In this document: positions 21,655-24,000 of the stretch, one piece after another
How positions within the stretch are numbered: the first letter of the stretch is position 1
Layout of the letters: each line of letters opens with the position of its first letter
NCBI GenBank assembly: GCA_020348445.1
Contig: CP070751.1
Coordinates: 2,551,447-2,575,446, forward strand
DNA: 24,000 bases
Source of the DNA: Thermoplasmata archaeon
GTDB lineage: Archaea > Thermoplasmatota > Thermoplasmata > GCA-020350865
Direction of reading: 5' to 3'
Program-made: the position numbers and the translations under genes
Notes under the pieces: model-generated
What the model saw: only the letters and a program-made list of their open reading frames with translations
The model's database searches: none
Told to the model about the DNA's origin: nothing

Positions 21655-24000
21655 TAGGCAATATAAATAACAAGAAATCAATGGCAATTGGTGTTCTTTT
21701 ATTACTCGGTTTTTTAAGTTTGTCATGCATAACCAATTTAGCAAAGGGAGTACCAGTTATCCATGAGGAGGACAGCTATGGAAGTTGGGAGGATACCTTC
21801 AATGATACAACAGGAATAGCCCTGTGGGATAATATCGAAACCTGCGGGTATGGTCTTAAATTGATGGACATGTTCTACGATAACTTCACAGGTTTGGAAG
21901 GAGATCCACCAGACGCCTTGAAATGGGATATTTTCGATGAAGGATATGTACTATGGAAAAGTGGTAATATACTGAGGGTTGAGGCTAATCCCCCGGGATC
22001 ATCCTGGAGAGCTGAGATGATTCAAACCAATGATTCCTTTACAGAAAATCATACCCTCACATGGTCCCAGGTTCTTCAAACTGTAACCAGCGGGATGTAC
22101 TACCATTTCTATATTTCTAATGCCACTGATGGCAGTTGGCTTCTTTGCCTCTATCAGAACTCAGCAGGACAATACATGGTCTGGAACAACATCACATCAT
22201 CAGGTGTGCAAATAGGAACCAGTGTTACCGGATGGCATGATTACAAAGTGGTTTTCACTGATGGTTTCATTGAATTCTATTATGATGGTGTAAAAGAGCA
22301 CGAATATGATTTCCAGGTGGATTCTGTCAGATACCGTTTCGGGATTCTTGTGCAGAGTGCCTGGACCAGATCTCCTCTAGACGAGATCCATATAAGCTCG
22401 GGCATCACAACAGGGAATCTGACATCATCTGAAATCACCCTGCCTTCGGGCTATACCTGGGACTCTCTCTATTTAAATAAAACTGTCATTGGAGATGACA
22501 ATTTCCTGAATGCGACAATTTTGGATGGAGTAACATATCAGCCAATTTTAGGATATGAACATCTCACTGGAGCAAATATCGACATCTCTGGGATTGATGA
22601 GGGGGTGCACCCTACCATACGATTAAGAGCGCATTTTGTTGGCAACGGTACCCACTCGCCCTATCTTTCTGGATGGAAGGTATTATGGACAGATACCATA
22701 GCCCCGGAAAAACCAACTGGTTTTACTGTATCTGATCCAAGGACCGGAAATTCCCTTATTCTTGATTGGAATCCAAATATCGATCCCGATATTGTAAATT
22801 ATGTTTTGTATTACAGTTTAGATAATTCAACATTTATCTGGCTTGCTAATGTTATCTTGGGATCGGAATCATTCACACACTACGGACTTTCCACCCATAC
22901 CACCTACTATTACAAGATCGCAGCAGCTGATGAGATGCCCAATCAATCACCGTTTTCTGATGTGTCATCAGGAATCCCCGATATCGATACCGATTGTGAT
23001 GGCATAGGTAACCTCATGGATGGCGATGATGACGGTGATACAGTTTTAGATTCTAATGATGACTTTCCATTAAATCCCAATGAAAATATCGATACTGACG
23101 GTGATGGAATAGGAAATCATGCAGATTATGATGATGACGATGATAGTTATTTGGATGTGAACGATGAATTTCCATTAAATGATACAGAATGGCTGGATAC
23201 AGATCATGACGGTGTGGGTAACAATATGGATCCAGATGACGACAATGACGGCGTACCCGATATATCAGATCCCAACCCGCTCAGCAATATCAATGACCTA
23301 GATGCAAAAATCGATGCCCTTCTTTTACAAATTTCCACCATCAATGCATCCCTTCAAAGCGAAATCTTGGGTGCTGAGTCAGATATCCTGGGTAAAATAG
23401 ATGAAATCGATAATGCGGACATACTTACCCATTTGAAAGAAACGAATGTTACATTGTATTATGAGTTGCAAAATCTACTGGATAGCATTACAGATGAAGT
23501 CATAGAAATAAATAATTCACTTTCCCACCAACTTACAGCACTTTTGTTAAACATGACTGATGATAATGATGCACTGAGAATATGGCTTGAAATCATCCTG
23601 AACGAGTTAAATACCAATTTAACTGCAACAAATGATTTCTTGGACAATCAGCTGAAAGATATCCAGGATTCGAATCAAAGATTAAGTATTATCAGGAATA
23701 CTCTGGATGATCTTCTAAAATTGGATAATATTCTTTCGAACATAACATTACTAACTCAAACATTACAGGATGTAAACGATGATCTGTCCGAATCCATTGA
23801 AGATAAATCCAAGGAGGAGGATATCGAGGATAGGGTACAGTTTTTGGAGTTGTTAATAATCCTGGTTCTGATCTTAGGTAGCGTTAATCTGATACTTTCT
23901 GTCCTGGTTGTGATGCTTAAAAAATCCGAACCCAAAGATTTGGCATTAAATAAGGGACCGAAAGAAGGAGAACAAACTCAGAAAAAGGATTTAGAAACAT
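21651..24000 (+). CDS. Paralog of the 19117 surface protein (runs off the right edge of the window; absent from the ORF track because no stop is reached)
   Basis: The ATG at 21651 overlaps the upstream stop (ATGA). Hand translation gives MIGNINNKKSMAIGVLLLLGFLSLSCITNL...HEEDSYGSWEDTFNDTTGIALWDNIE...DNFTG. It has the same domain order as the 19117 protein: FN3, DTDCDGIGN/DTDGDGIGN/DTDHDGVGN repeats at about 22980-23280, and a TM LELLIILVLILGSVNLILSVLVVML at about 23850-23920. The frame is still open at 24000. Confidence 0.7.
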   Translation, partial: MIGNINNKKSMAIGVLLLLGFLSLSCITNLAKGVPVIHEEDSYGSWEDTFNDTTGIALWDNIETCGYGLKLMDMFYDNFTGLEGDPPDALKWDIFDEGYVLWKSGNILRVEANPPGSSWRAEMIQTNDSFTENHTLTWSQVLQTVTSGMYYHFYISNATDGSWLLCLYQNSAGQYMVWNNITSSGVQIGTSVTGWHDYKVVFTDGFIEFYYDGVKEHEYDFQVDSVRYRFGILVQSAWTRSPLDEIHISSGITTGNLTSSEITLPSGYTWDSLYLNKTVIGDDNFLNATILDGVTYQPILGYEHLTGANIDISGIDEGVHPTIRLRAHFVGNGTHSPYLSGWKVLWTDTIAPEKPTGFTVSDPRTGNSLILDWNPNIDPDIVNYVLYYSLDNSTFIWLANVILGSESFTHYGLSTHTTYYYKIAAADEMPNQSPFSDVSSGIPDIDTDCDGIGNLMDGDDDGDTVLDSNDDFPLNPNENIDTDGDGIGNHADYDDDDDSYLDVNDEFPLNDTEWLDTDHDGVGNNMDPDDDNDGVPDISDPNPLSNINDLDAKIDALLLQISTINASLQSEILGAESDILGKIDEIDNADILTHLKETNVTLYYELQNLLDSITDEVIEINNSLSHQLTALLLNMTDDNDALRIWLEIILNELNTNLTATNDFLDNQLKDIQDSNQRLSIIRNTLDDLLKLDNILSNITLLTQTLQDVNDDLSESIEDKSKEEDIEDRVQFLELLIILVLILGSVNLILSVLVVMLKKSEPKDLALNKGPKEGEQTQKKDLET

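Noticed and set aside
1-24000. CRISPR arrays, integrases, transposases, toxin-antitoxin or other defence/mobile modules
   Set aside because: No regularly spaced direct repeats were seen, and there are no ORFs with recombinase, transposase or nuclease motifs. The only repeat families seen are tRNA-derived fragments and intragenic coding repeats.

Overview
Archaeal chromosomal segment of roughly 40% GC. Evidence for archaeal origin: class II tRNAs with introns at the canonical 37/38 position, an archaeal/eukaryal-type PheRS beta chain, ADP-forming acetyl-CoA synthetase, and a CxxxY-variant CcmE. Most of the window is housekeeping: a ccmABCDE heme-export operon, acd, purD, uppS, pheT, tRNA-Leu and tRNA-Ser. 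There are also several predicted surface or membrane proteins. The standout is a compact minus-strand cassette at 10522-15940 encoding a complete eukaryote-type ubiquitylation toolkit. In transcription order it contains: a ubiquitin-like beta-grasp precursor ending ...QQAGG-WIFQ; a compact E1 with a UBA3-like catalytic-Cys segment; a canonical UBC E2 (HPN plus Cys); a JAMM/MPN+ isopeptidase; and, after a 114-nt spacer, a 694-aa protein in which two RING-like cross-brace zinc fingers flank four tandem catalytically dead E2-fold (RWD/UEV-like) modules. Ub/E1/E2/RING/Rpn11-like operons are known from Aigarchaeota ('Ca. Caldiarchaeum') and Asgard archaea. The RING-4xRWD-RING architecture and the decorated deubiquitinase are the parts I cannot match to anything I know. 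Secondary observations: both tRNA loci are surrounded by decayed or partial copies of the tRNA itself; all four ccm gene junctions are ATGA overlaps; two tandem paralogous giant surface proteins carry thrombospondin-type-3-like Ca-binding repeats; one of these has an 11-proline tail; and a G-quadruplex motif sits in a divergent promoter. No CRISPR array, integrase or transposase was seen. All domain calls come from motif reading by eye, with no database search.
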